Positions 28,528 through 40,694 of a stretch of DNA of 64,000 nt are shown piece by piece (the first letter of the stretch is position 1; every line of letters begins with the position of its first letter). Below the pieces are notes generated by a model. It had not been told where the DNA came from. It made no database searches and was given only the letters and a program-made list of their open reading frames with translations. A program made the position numbers and the translations under genes. This DNA is from Bispira polyomma (Eukaryota), in contig OZ287749.1 in the NCBI GenBank assembly GCA_965649765.1, positions 72,540,001 to 72,604,000 on the forward strand, in the 5' to 3' direction.

Positions 28528-31028
28528 TGTGTGTCCATAGACAAAAATGGTATTTCTGCATAACTCATCATGTTAACCTAGGCTTCCTTGTCACCGATCC
28601 CAACGTTGGCCGATTTTATAGATATGCTTTTTTGTCAGATGTCGGCAGATTGATGCTTCCATGCAGCCGATACAAATATGTTAGAATTATATTTTGAAAA
28701 GACATAGTCCACAAAAACATCCCAAAATCGGACAGATTTGTCGATTTTTCCGCTCCTTCACCAAAAGAAATTTGATGCGTCTTTTGACAACAGTGCAACC
28801 TAATTTCCAGTAACATTTAACACTGAAGTCAAAGAATTGGATATATAAATTCCAGTGCAAGAAATTCCTAAAACCTGTAAATTAGTATGACATTTTTATT
28901 ATTAGAGCCAAAATTCTCAGTTACTTTGTAAGCATCATTTAACAGCACCCACATGTATAATTAACGTATATTTACCCTTTGTGTTAAAGTGGCATTTTTA
29001 TTTATTATTTGCTGTAATTTTTGGCCCAACAGTACACTCCAAGGAGAGCCTAGACACGATACAACAATTACAACTTCTACCAACTTAGAAAAACAAGTGT
29101 TACTACAGTTGGCAATTGTTCCACACACAGAATTATTAGCCCATGAATCAATTGCTAAAAACATTTCTTGTTTTCACCCAAGCTCACATGTAATCGGGAT
29201 TGAAAGATCAATTTTTGTTTTTTAGCATATTATGCTTCAGATGAAGTAATTTTGTTTGGTCTAATGATTGTAGGCTAACATTCACAAAAACAGTGCCTTT
29301 ATATGTATTTACATACGAGACTCTCTGAGGCTTTTTAAGTTGACTATAGAATATCAATACCATATTCCAATCGTTTTCTTTGCACGACCAAAATGACGCA
29401 ATTGCAAAAACAAACCTGATCCAATTTGCCCCCCCCCCCCCCCCCCTCGTGTAACCGACTCAGGTGCAACAGTTCTCAGGAGATTTAAGGTCGTCAACAA
29501 ACTATATTATATAGGTTGACTTTTGCTTTTAAATGTTTTTGTATTATTAAATAGCTTATTGTCCATGTGGAATTCTTTGCCCATAACATGCATGTTTTAG
29601 TTTGCATTTATTTAAGTGTGTTATGTTGCTTAAATAGTAGTGATAATCTACACCTTCTTCAATATAGTGATGACATAGACAATCTGGTCTCTCAAAGTAT
29701 TCATGAACAGAGAAGTAAATATCAAATGTTTTAAACATTCTTGATTTACACAATAGAGCCTCGATTATATACTTGCAAGGTAATTGTTTTAAGGAGAAAG
29801 CTGTAAATATAAAAGCACACAAATCATAATTACAATTATTCGTCATTACGTTAAAAAAGGGGCATGTTTAACTTAAGTAACATGTGAAGAAAAGGCTGCT
29901 TGGGTCCTAGAAGTAAAGAGCATTTTAAAGCACATGGAAATTACAACTGACTTATCTAAATGTAACAACTTAATACATTTACTAATGCATGATGCTTTAA
30001 GGGATTTGTTTGAACAATGTGTTTAGATTTTCTGTTTTAGAAGCTAAATGGGTTTACAAATGTCAGAGCTTTCACCAATGACAACCACTCTTTATATGCC
30101 AGACAAGCTTATTTAACGGGGGAATATAAAAGTACACTGCACATTTTATTTCCATAATATAGAGGACATGTTTTAGAACATCAAATGTGACATTGCATAA
30201 AATTTCCCTGATATTACACCTTAGCAGTCGCAGGTTCCAATCTTGTGTATTTTATATCAAAAAAGTTGGCAGTATACTTGCTGAAGGACGGTGGTTTGCA
30301 GAACAGAAAACCTTGACCAACTACCCCGGTCTGATTTCCCCCACCAGTGAACTACCGCCCATTGTGATATGACACGAGATGTGCTAAAAGCGATGTTAAA
30401 TCCAAACTAAATTAATGAAGTAATGTTAACTTTATCTGTTAAATTTTATATGTTTAAATGCTTTGTTTATTCGATTAAAAATAAATCATGTAAACTAAAT
30501 TAACTCACTGTAACACATAAGGCTGGGGCATTTTGTCACACTGCCAACCTATCAGAGTATTTTGTGCGGTGTCTCCCACAAGCCAATACAGACTTATGTC
30601 ATGGCTTTAATGCCTCTATAACATACAGATGGCTTTATTTATTCACACACTATTGCAGCTTAAGTGACTAAGGGGAATCTTATTATGGCTTGGGGCTTTC
30701 GGGGATAGTGGTAGAGAATGGGCCTGTTCTTTTATATAAAGGAGTTGGCTTATTTGACTGAAAGGCAGATAAGAAAACATGAATATTTTAGTTGAACTAA
30801 AACCCTGCTTTGGTTGAGGAAATAACAGCTCCCTTTTAAGTGCAATTTAGTTGATAAAGTAAAGTTAACTGAAAACAAAGTGAAAAAGTGATGTAGAGTT
30901 TTTTTACTCAATTCAGTGGGCAGTTTTTAAAACCAAAAATAGTCAAAGACAGGTACAGCATTTATGTCAATTAAGACAACCTAAAAAGCAATTTGGGAGG
31001 ATTGTTTAAAAGGTATCTAAAAATATTG

Positions 31029-31370
31029 CCTACGGAAAGACAAGAGTACTGATGATTCCCTACAGAAAGACATGAGTACTGATGATTCCCTACGGAAAGA
31101 CATGAGTACTGATGATTCCCTACGGAAAGACACGAGTACTGATGATTCCCTACAGAAAGACATGAGTACTGATGATTCCCTACGGAAAGACATGAGTACT
31201 GATGATTCCCTACGGAAAGACACGAGTACTGATGATTCCCTACGGAAGAACATGAGTACTGATGATTCCCTACGGAAAGACATGAGTACTGATGATTCCG
31301 CACCAAATGTCACAAGTACTGGAAATTCCTTACGAGAAGTCACGAGTATGGACGATTCCCTACAGAAAAG
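31029..31370. repeat. Minisatellite, 30 bp unit, about 11 copies
   Basis: Unit gagtactgatgattccctacggaaagacat; explains ORFs 30971..31434. Confidence 0.97.
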
Positions 31371-34300
31371 CATAAATATCAAAGAATTCAAGGATCCACA
31401 ATGGCTTTACTCAATAATGGGCCAGGTTGCTTAATTTAGGTTGACTGGAACTGGAATATCAACAATAAATTTTGCTATTAGTTTTGGGGTAATTTAGGTT
31501 AGCGTTACTAACTATGAATTATAGTGGTACCAGTTTTAGCGGTAAGTTTTAAATTGGTATACATTTAATCTTCCTTACACATGTCAAGGTATGTTTATCC
31601 TCCCCAGTAATGTATTTCATTGCCCACCTATTCTTTAACCACAATTGTACTTTGAACATTGCTGCAATGGAAGTGGTGACATTTCCTGATTATTTCTTTA
31701 TGGCTGATTTTGTGGTGCCATAACAGTATCATCTTTCGTGTAGATAAAACGTCAGGAGCCTTTATCTCTTAGTTTATCTCTCGCTTTCACTCTCCCTGAA
31801 GAGATTGTTTCAACAGAAGCTAGAAATAATAAGCAGAATGTAAGTACAAGTCATAAGTAAAAGCTGTATAAGTACAACACGGTTAAACACTGAGTAAGTA
31901 TTTTTTAAGCATTGTTCTCAGGAAAAAAGGAGTCCAATAAAAATGTGCAGGAGAATTTATAGAGACAAGTCACGTTACTTTAATGAGTTACTGTGGTCCA
32001 GATGTTGTGCTTGTCCTTTGTTAATCACTCAGAATTGCCATTTGAGTTCTGGCAATAAAACATTTCTTCAGTAAGGTTTGACTTTATTCCAGAGATCAAC
32101 ACTTTCTTTTAACAATTACTATGAGCATGCGCGTTAGTACACAATTACTCTATTGGTAGAATTATAAATCATAATAAGGGGCCTCATATTATACTTGTAT
32201 CAATTTTGCATCATCTTTTATTCATACCCAGGGGCCCTATATGATAGATCTTAGAAAAATCCCGGTAACCTTGTCATACTTATTATCAGGCGGAGTCTGA
32301 TGTTTTCACTCTGAAAAGGGTTGCGGCTATATCAGAAAGCACTGCCATGTTGTAAAATAATATGAAGGACCTTCATGGATTAGTGGGAAACAATCAACCG
32401 GGCCAAACTTAGGGGTGTCAGCATAATATTATCATACGCAGCCTGATAATGCAACCATCTTAGAAATAATATGAAAGGCCTAAATGTATTGGTTAAAAGC
32501 AATTAACCTAACCAATATGAGGAGTGTCAGATTTATATTTCTAACAGCTGTTTAGTCCAGTATTGTACATGTATACCATAGGAGTGAGTTTGATTATGGT
32601 GCTCTTCATGCAACTGAGGATAAATTTGATGCATGTGAAAGACTGAAAAACAACCTGAGTGATGAAAGCAAACAGCTTTGCAACTGTGCAATTACTCTAA
32701 GAACATCTAAATCTGGAAGTAAAGAGTAATGACAAAATTAAGAGAGCCAATGCACCAAATTAAGGTAACTTTTTCCTGCTATTGGTAGCTGCTAGTTTAG
32801 GGCAGGTAACTTCCATAGCACAATCCTCTGAGTCATCAAATCCCACTGCTCCTTTCACGTGAGAAAGTTTTGCCAGGTATTTGCTGTAGGTTGGTGGTTT
32901 CCTCCACCAATACATCTGGCCTTTACAATATGACCAAAGTTGTTGAAAGTGGCGTAAAACCCAAAAATATTTCAAAATTCAAAATAAATACGAGAGAAAA
33001 GTGGTTGTGAAGCAAAGGCTTTTGACCGCTGGGCCACTGCAACCCCCCCTCCCCCATGAGCTTCTTGACCTGCTATTAAATAAGGAGAAGAGACACACAC
33101 ACCAACAACTTGCTATATCCAGCTGCTAATTTGTTTTGGCCTCACTGGGTGAACACCCCCTGCAATCAGCTGAAGCTAGTTATATGGCTCTAATGAGAAG
33201 CTGTAATCACCCATTGGAGATGTATCCTCAGAGAATGTCTAGGATTTCTCATTTACAAGGGAGGGTGTCGTTAAAACCCAAGAAATACTGGTCAGTTTGG
33301 TCATTTATAACAGAGTCGTGCAGGTGTTCATGAATAGGTGTGTGTATATATGCTCAGTGGGCATAACAGTGTCATTTTTTAAATTATACTGGTACAACGC
33401 AGCAAAGAAATATTTGTGCTGAATTCAAAACTAAGATATGTGACCTAAAACCTCTTCATTCGTGTTGTTTTGGTGATTATATATCAACAATCAAAACATG
33501 TTAATGAAACAGACTCATTGTTACTTGAGGAAACAGTGTAGATATTGCCATCTGTGTCTAAGAATAAATGACCAAGCCATCGTTTATGTATTTATAAATA
33601 ACAAACTCAATAGGGCTCCATAGAGCGCACATCCCCACCAAAACCTTGTTACAAACAAGACAAATAGAACCTCTTTAGTAAAACTATTTTATTAAAAATT
33701 AAAATAACATTAAATTATTAATTTATGTAAGTCAACTTTAACTAGTGCAGGGTCAGTTCATCAGGAAGTTAGAAATATTTTTTTATACCCCCTTTAATTT
33801 TTCAGTTTCTGTGTTAGACATTGATATATATATATAGAGAGAGAGAAACTTAGAAACTTGAATCGGGAACATTCAAAGAAACTGCACCAAGGTCTTGGAG
33901 ATTAAAGGGAATTGCAGATTAGAGAGAAGTGGGTATACTTGCTTCCTTGGAAGTGAAGGCTGTTGTCTTTGTTAATGCATTAGGGGGTTTGGACATTTGT
34001 TTGCTACGTGTCCAATTTGCAGCTAAGAACTGTTTATTGTAAGTTAAAACAAATGTAATTATACCTACATCAGCCAGACGTTTTGATAAAGAAAGAAGAA
34101 AGCCAAAGTTCTTAAAATGTATATGTTGGTTTTATTGTTGCTGTTGTTAAAGATACGTATGTTACTGTCCCAAGGTTGTATAAATATTTAATAACCCATT
34201 AAATTATTATTGCATTGGCATAATCAGTTTCTTTCTTGACAACACAGACAGAGAGCCAATGCATTGTTCCAGAATAGTTTACAAGTTTTAAATTTAATCA

Positions 34301-37252
34301 CAGAATTCCAAGTAAATTGTGTCAAATTAATTCCCTGAAAAACTTATTCCACTGATCATTATATAAAACATCAAGTTTTAGCTTTGTCAAAATTATATAT
34401 ATATATTTTGTGATTTGAGTATTAATCGTATTATCTGATTCACATATATTTTCTTTATGATACTGAGCAATATTACCACAGCACATATCTGCACACAGAA
34501 TTTAGTTGTTTGGTGCTTGCTAAAATAATTTAATAATGGATACCGACCATTTTTTGAAGACAGGTTTTAATATGTCATGTGTAGTCAAGGAGTTAATTAA
34601 TTCGAAAAAGATGCGATATATATACCATCAAATTGTGGATATTCCATTAAGGACCCCCCCCCCCCCCCCCCCCCGACAAAACAGTTTCAGTTATCAAATT
34701 TGTGCAGCCTTGTTGGGTTGTAAACACCATAAGAATTCCAGAAGCAAACCATATATGGACAAGTCACGCACTTTAATGAGTAACTGTTCCCTAGAGATCC
34801 TGTGACTGGCTTCTGTTAATCACCTGGAATTACTAGGTGTTTTTTTTTTAGGTAATCAACAAGGAGTTCTTCAGTTTAAGATTCACTTAATAAAGTAAAA
34901 TATATTGACTGGTCTTGTGTGACATGTGATTTTGTGTGGATCAGCAAAAAGTGTTTCAATAAAGAATATGGTTGGTAAAAAAAGGGAATTATTTACAACC
35001 CCCCAAATTTTCACCGTTTACATGTTACCTTGATTTGAGAGAACAAACAAGAATTTTTGCTAAAAACCCCAAAAACTTATATCTAGCTTATTTCTTTAAA
35101 TATAAACAATGCATACTAATCAGAAAAGGCATCATGTACTGGTTCATGTACTGATTCCTATTCCAAAACCTTTACATTGTAAGTATCACAACAGTGTCAC
35201 TTTCCACAATATTAATTCCCATATACACATGGTGCCAGGATTTCAATTATCCATGTTTTCCACTATATTAAGGGCCTGTTTACTGAAGAGCTGATAAATC
35301 TGATTAAAGCAACCCTACCATCTTTCGTTTTCCCATTTCCTCAAACTATATGCCTTTAATTTTGGAAACACAATCCATTGCAATAAACAGACATGCTAAG
35401 AATTCATCAGATTGCTTTAATGGTGGTGGAAATAAAAACAAGTGGGAAAACGCCCAAATAATTTGCTCGCCAAAGCAAAACTGTTGTCAGAGACTGGCTG
35501 TAATTTATGTCATATGCCACCAAGGAGATAATTAATTTGAAAAAGGTGTGATACAGCATCATATGGTGTAGAATATATTGTGCAAAAAATCATTTTTCCA
35601 TCAGTTTGAGTGATCACGGTTTTTTGGTTTCAGCCCAGTTGGGTTGTAAACACCATAAGAATTCTAGGAGCAAACCATAGACAGGTCACACACCTTAATG
35701 AGTAACTGTCTCAGACAGATCTTGTGACTGGCTTCTGTTAATCACCTGGAATTACCGGGTTCTTCAGTTGAAGATTCTTCAGCTTAAGATTCCCCTATGC
35801 AGTAAAGTAAAGCTATAGACTGGTGATTTTGTGCAGATCTGCAACAACCAGCCTGTACTGTTGATTTGTTGTGATCATGTGAACTCCTGGCCAGAGAAGC
35901 TGGTGATTAGTACGACATAAGACAATAAAGGTTTTTTTTTTGAGTTTATACTGGTGTATAAATAAGTAAACTGTAGTTGTTATACCTAATGTGTATAAAC
36001 AGTAAAACATATAAAACTATTTCCAGGTTAGCAGTGCGTCAAACATACAAGACAAAAGCCTAACTTCACATGGTGTACAGCACCTTTTCATCTGTATACA
36101 GGATATCTGTGCATGATATCTTACCTCTGTATATATATCGGCCGACGTCAGCTTTAATTAGAATTCCCTTTTGTGTTTAGCTGGTAATACAACTCGTTAT
36201 CACCCCGGGTAATTAGATGTAATTGTCACCTTATTTAATGGACTAAAGAAAGAGAGTTACATGAAAATACCAAGCTCTATGGGGTGTTGTAGATTTGTTT
36301 TGCAGGTGTTGTGTAGGAGTTCTGAACAAACAGTCTATATTTCAGATGAATTTTTCAAGAGGCATTTCTAATTTTACTAATGCTTTTTTTTATGGAATCA
36401 GTCAGGCAAACATCATTATGCTTTTAAGTTATAGACAATTATTCCCCCAGCATTAATCCATAATGGTAGCAGTTGAAATGAAGACAACCCCATTCAATAA
36501 TTTATCTAAATACACACATAAAAATGTCATCGGAAGATTTAGTGAAATGACGTAGGGATGGTGTCCTTGGTAATTGATGCATTTAGTATTTACAGATTGG
36601 TAAGCAGGGATTACTTGAGTGCTAATATATCTGGTAAAAAAGCCATTTCCCCCTTTCAACTAGAGTAATGGATCACAAGAGATGTTCAACTAAACATAAA
36701 ATGCCTTGCATAATATTGAAACAATTGATTTTTTGTTTGTTTCACAGCCGGGTTGGTACCATCATGTGACATCATAATTGTTTACATAAGAGATAAAAAC
36801 TATGTAGGGGAAACAAAGTAAACATGTTAATTGATTTTACTGTCATTTTGGTAATGCGAGTATAATATCTTACAGAAGGATGTGTTTGCTTTCGTCATCT
36901 GAGAAGGTATTGGTCATTTTATAATATTTGTTAGAACTACAAATCGAAATTTAGCTACAGATACAGACATAATCTCTTGTCAAGATGATATTTCCTATAG
37001 CATGTCTGACGATCACTCAACATTTTGGAACCTAATAATTGTTCAACTTCTAAATCCCTGAAATCTAGTCCCACTTGATAAAGGCTCACATATGCTATTA
37101 AATCGCTGTTAAGTACTTCCTGAGGTAATTAGATACATAAATACTGTATATAGAGCCCATCATATTAGAGGGTGTTTCATCTTTATCCCATACCTACAGC
37201 TATTTTGTCTTGCCGTTGTAAAAAAATTAGTTTGTACCTCCAAACTCTACCA

Positions 37253-37432
37253 TGGTGGCCTAGTGGTTGCACCCGTCTGCTTTAAAATTGATGGCCTCTC
37301 ACAACTGGGCATTGAATCCTACAGATTCCTTCCTCATGTGAGAAAGTTTGTCAGGTACCTGTCGGTGGTTTCCTTAACAATAAACCTGACCGTCACAATA
37401 TAACCAAAGCTGTTGAAAGCAACGTCAAACCC
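37253..37432 (+). mobile_element. tRNA-derived SINE, second family (other copies near 19450-19600 minus, 23160-23250, 30220-30410, 32810-32965)
   Basis: gtggcctagtggtt head; shared core atgtgagaaagtttg..cagg..ggtggttt and tail tgttgaaag..gcgt.aaaccc across copies. Confidence 0.75.
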
Positions 37433-37451
37433 ATATATATTCTAATTCCAG

Positions 37452-37650
37452 ACTCTACAACTAGAGGATGCCCTCAAACGACTGGCAGGTGAAAACAAAA
37501 AGTTCTTCCCTGGACCTGGACTCCAGCCAGTTCCCCAGGTAGATGGACTAGAAGACCATCCCGAAGATGACCTGGTGGCAAGTCTACCAGGCAGGCCAAA
37601 GGAACAGGCTAGTGAGGAAGAAGAAACAGCTGATGAACCATTTAACACTG
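37452..37650 (+). CDS. Host gene exon 3: TLQLEDALKRLAGENKKFFPGPGLQPVPQVDGLEDHPEDDLVASLPGRPKEQASEEEETADEPFNT
   Basis: Acceptor ctaattccag, donor G|gtaagc; 199 nt open; phase 0 in, phase 1 out; GC richer than flanks. Confidence 0.85.
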
Positions 37651-38419
37651 GTAAGCTATATACCCTGACCTAATGGTTAGGGGATTGACTTGGTGATCAG
37701 AATGTCTCTAGTTTGACTGGTGGTGGTACTATAATGGTTAGTTAGGGAATAACATCCACAGTGATGTGAACACTCCATTTTCTACTTATTATAAATATGC
37801 TATGTTTAGGACTATCATTTCTTCTTGTCTGGCAGAATAAGCACCTCAGAGCATAAAATATTAATTTGGTGCTATACATAAAATTTAAAAATAATACATA
37901 AAAATTAGATCTAGATTTATTAGCTGTTTGCTCCCAACAGATAATATGTCATACATAGAACTACATTTGACACACTTTCTACAATCAACTATTTCTACAC
38001 TTCCATGTCAGCAATCGGCACCTGCAATCGGCCGAAGTTCGACGACAATTGACAATTTTATGTTTTAGCCCCCAGTAGCGAAAAAATTACCTCCTATTGC
38101 CGGCTGCCTGTGGTGTTACTCACATGGAAACAGATACTTATAAATCAATGAAAGCAATAAAATTGCCATCAGCAGATCGCCTAGAAACGTTGACTAAGAC
38201 TGGCCTTTATACTCTCAAGATACTGGTATAGCACAATTTTAAGACAAATAATACCTTATTATATGTTTAATATACATGTACTTCTTGAATTGATATCTGT
38301 CTGATAAAAATAGTATCAATGCAGTTTTAGCCTAATTATGGGTCAAGTTGTACCTGTAAAACATTTGTGAGGCTAAAATTCATTCTAGTTAACAATCTGT
38401 CAATGTTTCTTTCTGTCAG

Positions 38420-38514
38420 ATGAAAGTGAAGGCCAGGTGGATGATGCAGAAGATACTGAACCAAATGAGGAGACAGATGATAATGCGGAGGAGGACTTAT
38501 TTCGGCTGAATCAG
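38420..38514 (+). CDS. Host gene exon 4: (D)ESEGQVDDAEDTEPNEETDDNAEEDLFRLNQ
   Basis: Acceptor tttctttctgtcag, donor CAG|gtatta; phase 1 in, phase 0 out; acidic. Confidence 0.85.
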
Positions 38515-39036
38515 GTATTACCAGATGATAACCCAAGAATAACCAATAAACTTGATCATTTAACTTTCAAATAAAACATTACACTTTGGGCAACCTGCAA
38601 ACTCTTTTGCTGTTAGTCATGTACCGCTGCTAGAAATACCCGTATGATTAATTGAGACGTTTCCAACTTTCTAAGTTTGATAAATATTTATCTGAATCAT
38701 TGTTTCAGACAACACCAGCTTTAGGAAATTATCTTGTTCTAAATTTTAGAACCGGTTCATCCGTCTCAGTTTTTTCAGAAAATATTTAAATGTTTTTTAT
38801 TCAACCAAGCCGTCAGTTTATATTACCGCCCATTGTACCAATCCTTTTCCTGATTACTCTAGCTTGTCCAAGGATTATGATTCTAATTAATGGAAATTAC
38901 CAAAATCACTTTGAGCAAAGAATAATAGCATAACATAAACTTCCCCAAAAGAATGAAACATAATGGTGAATCAAAGTTTTTACTTACACTGTTCACTATA
39001 GTTGATATTATTAATCATACAGGAAGATATAATATA

Positions 39037-39234
39037 TGTGGGATAGACCCGCAGGGGCTAGCTAGATCAGTGCTGCCAGTAATTTGTTTAGTCCAGGGTC
39101 TTAACCCCTAAGCTAATTGGTGAACTTTGCACTAATTGACCCCTGTCTTCCCGCCATTTTCGTGGGGATATCACTGTTAGTATTGAAGTCCAAAGGGCGA
39201 CACCGCCATTTTTATTTTTTACTTTATTTTTGTT
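39037..39234 (+). repeat. Split direct repeat A1 (198 bp)
   Basis: Matches 44631-44828 with about 4 substitutions by eye. Confidence 0.95.
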
Positions 39235-39539
39235 TGTGATTTTAATTTTCGTTAAGTCTCTGGAACTATTCATGTTGTGCTATCTAACTATATTTGGGAT
39301 TGATCACACAGACGTTCTGGACACTATACACGAAGTCACGACTACAGTGGTGTTTTGTACTCATACTTTGAGTCTTGTGTATATGCTTGCCTGAAATCTG
39401 ATAAAGGGACGTATCCCCTCATTATACTACCATATTAAGATCTAGTCTACTAATATATCTCTACATCTAAATTAATAGTCAATAGTATATACACAGGTAT
39501 CAAAGCGCGAGTGTTCTTATATTATTCAGAGAAAAACAA

Positions 39540-40694
39540 ATGGGTCCGAGAAAAACATATGATTGCCTTAAATGTGGCACAAACCATCAGAAACCTATCG
39601 ATAGTAACTGTAAATTAGCAGCTAGACTGCTTGCTGATGACGAGGATGTGCCGAACTCTGCTTCGACTAGTGAAAGCCAAAGTCCTGGTGATATTAATAT
39701 CCAGATACTAAATGAACTACGTGCTCCAAGTGGTCGAATGACCAAAGTTGAACGCCAGGTAATTCACAGTCAGCATGGAGCCCCGACTTCTCCAAGTCGG
39801 GGGACATCTGTAATGACCTGTCCTGCACCCCGACCTGCTGCACTGCTGCCTGATCCGGAAGATGTCCTCGTACCCACCATGGACACACTTAGATCCTCAC
39901 AGAGCCTACAGACTGCCGTGGACACACGTCTCAAGGAGTTAGCTATGATAAATGAGACAGGTACGTTCAAGTCCCAGAGGGGGGGTAGTGATACGGTCTG
40001 GGTGAGGAAACAGTTCCCTTGGCCACAGAACTTTATTCTAGGTGGACATAGTAAATCTAGACTCTCGTATGACTCGTTAAGAATGCCCCAATGGGTCGCT
40101 GGTTTTTCAAACATCATTAGAGAAGAAAGTAATGTTTCAACCAAAAATTTAATGTTAGAGTACTTATCGGACCTCATGGAGTACGCTCATGATTTCTCCT
40201 GGAGTGCGGCCAAGGGAAGTCATGCAGTTCTATCCTGTAAAATGGAAGAGGGGAAGGTGTCATGGGACGAGTCTCATAAACTCGACAGAATTAGGCGGGC
40301 TCATGCCCAGAGGGTAATTAATTCCAGCCAAAACTCTAGTCAAACACAAGGCCCCTCCAGGAAAAGTCATGACAAGGGTACTCCATGCAGGTTCTTCCAA
40401 AAGGGTACTTGCCCCCTAAAAGGGGACCATGAAACCAAAGGAACCACTTATCTGCATGTGTGTAGTAATTGTAAATTGAATGGGCGGTCGTTTCCCCACC
40501 CTGCAAAGGATTACAAAAAAAATGCCAAAAAACGAGTAAGGCACTGCAGCAATGCAGTGCCCTTATCAAATCATAGTGATCAAGGTTATTCTGACAAAAG
40601 TACTAGGTGGAGTGAAAACATAGTTTTCAATGATAAAACAATGAACAATGAACTTTGTACTGAGAGGTATAGTGAAAAAACAATTTCATGGTAG
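39540..40694 (+). CDS. gag: Gag-like ORF1 of the Ngaro-type element
   Basis: N-terminal CxxC..H..C motif; C-terminal Cys/His cluster CRFFQKGTC...H...HVCSNC...H; first ORF after A1. The 3' end is probably extended by a frameshift. Confidence 0.8.
   Translation: MGPRKTYDCLKCGTNHQKPIDSNCKLAARLLADDEDVPNSASTSESQSPGDINIQILNELRAPSGRMTKVERQVIHSQHGAPTSPSRGTSVMTCPAPRPAALLPDPEDVLVPTMDTLRSSQSLQTAVDTRLKELAMINETGTFKSQRGGSDTVWVRKQFPWPQNFILGGHSKSRLSYDSLRMPQWVAGFSNIIREESNVSTKNLMLEYLSDLMEYAHDFSWSAAKGSHAVLSCKMEEGKVSWDESHKLDRIRRAHAQRVINSSQNSSQTQGPSRKSHDKGTPCRFFQKGTCPLKGDHETKGTTYLHVCSNCKLNGRSFPHPAKDYKKNAKKRVRHCSNAVPLSNHSDQGYSDKSTRWSENIVFNDKTMNNELCTERYSEKTISW

Noticed and set aside
30971-31434. Three overlapping repetitive ORFs (MSTDDSLRKD repeats and others)
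   Set aside because: They come from a 30-bp minisatellite that is open in several frames. There are no convincing splice sites, and exons 2 and 3 join in phase without it.
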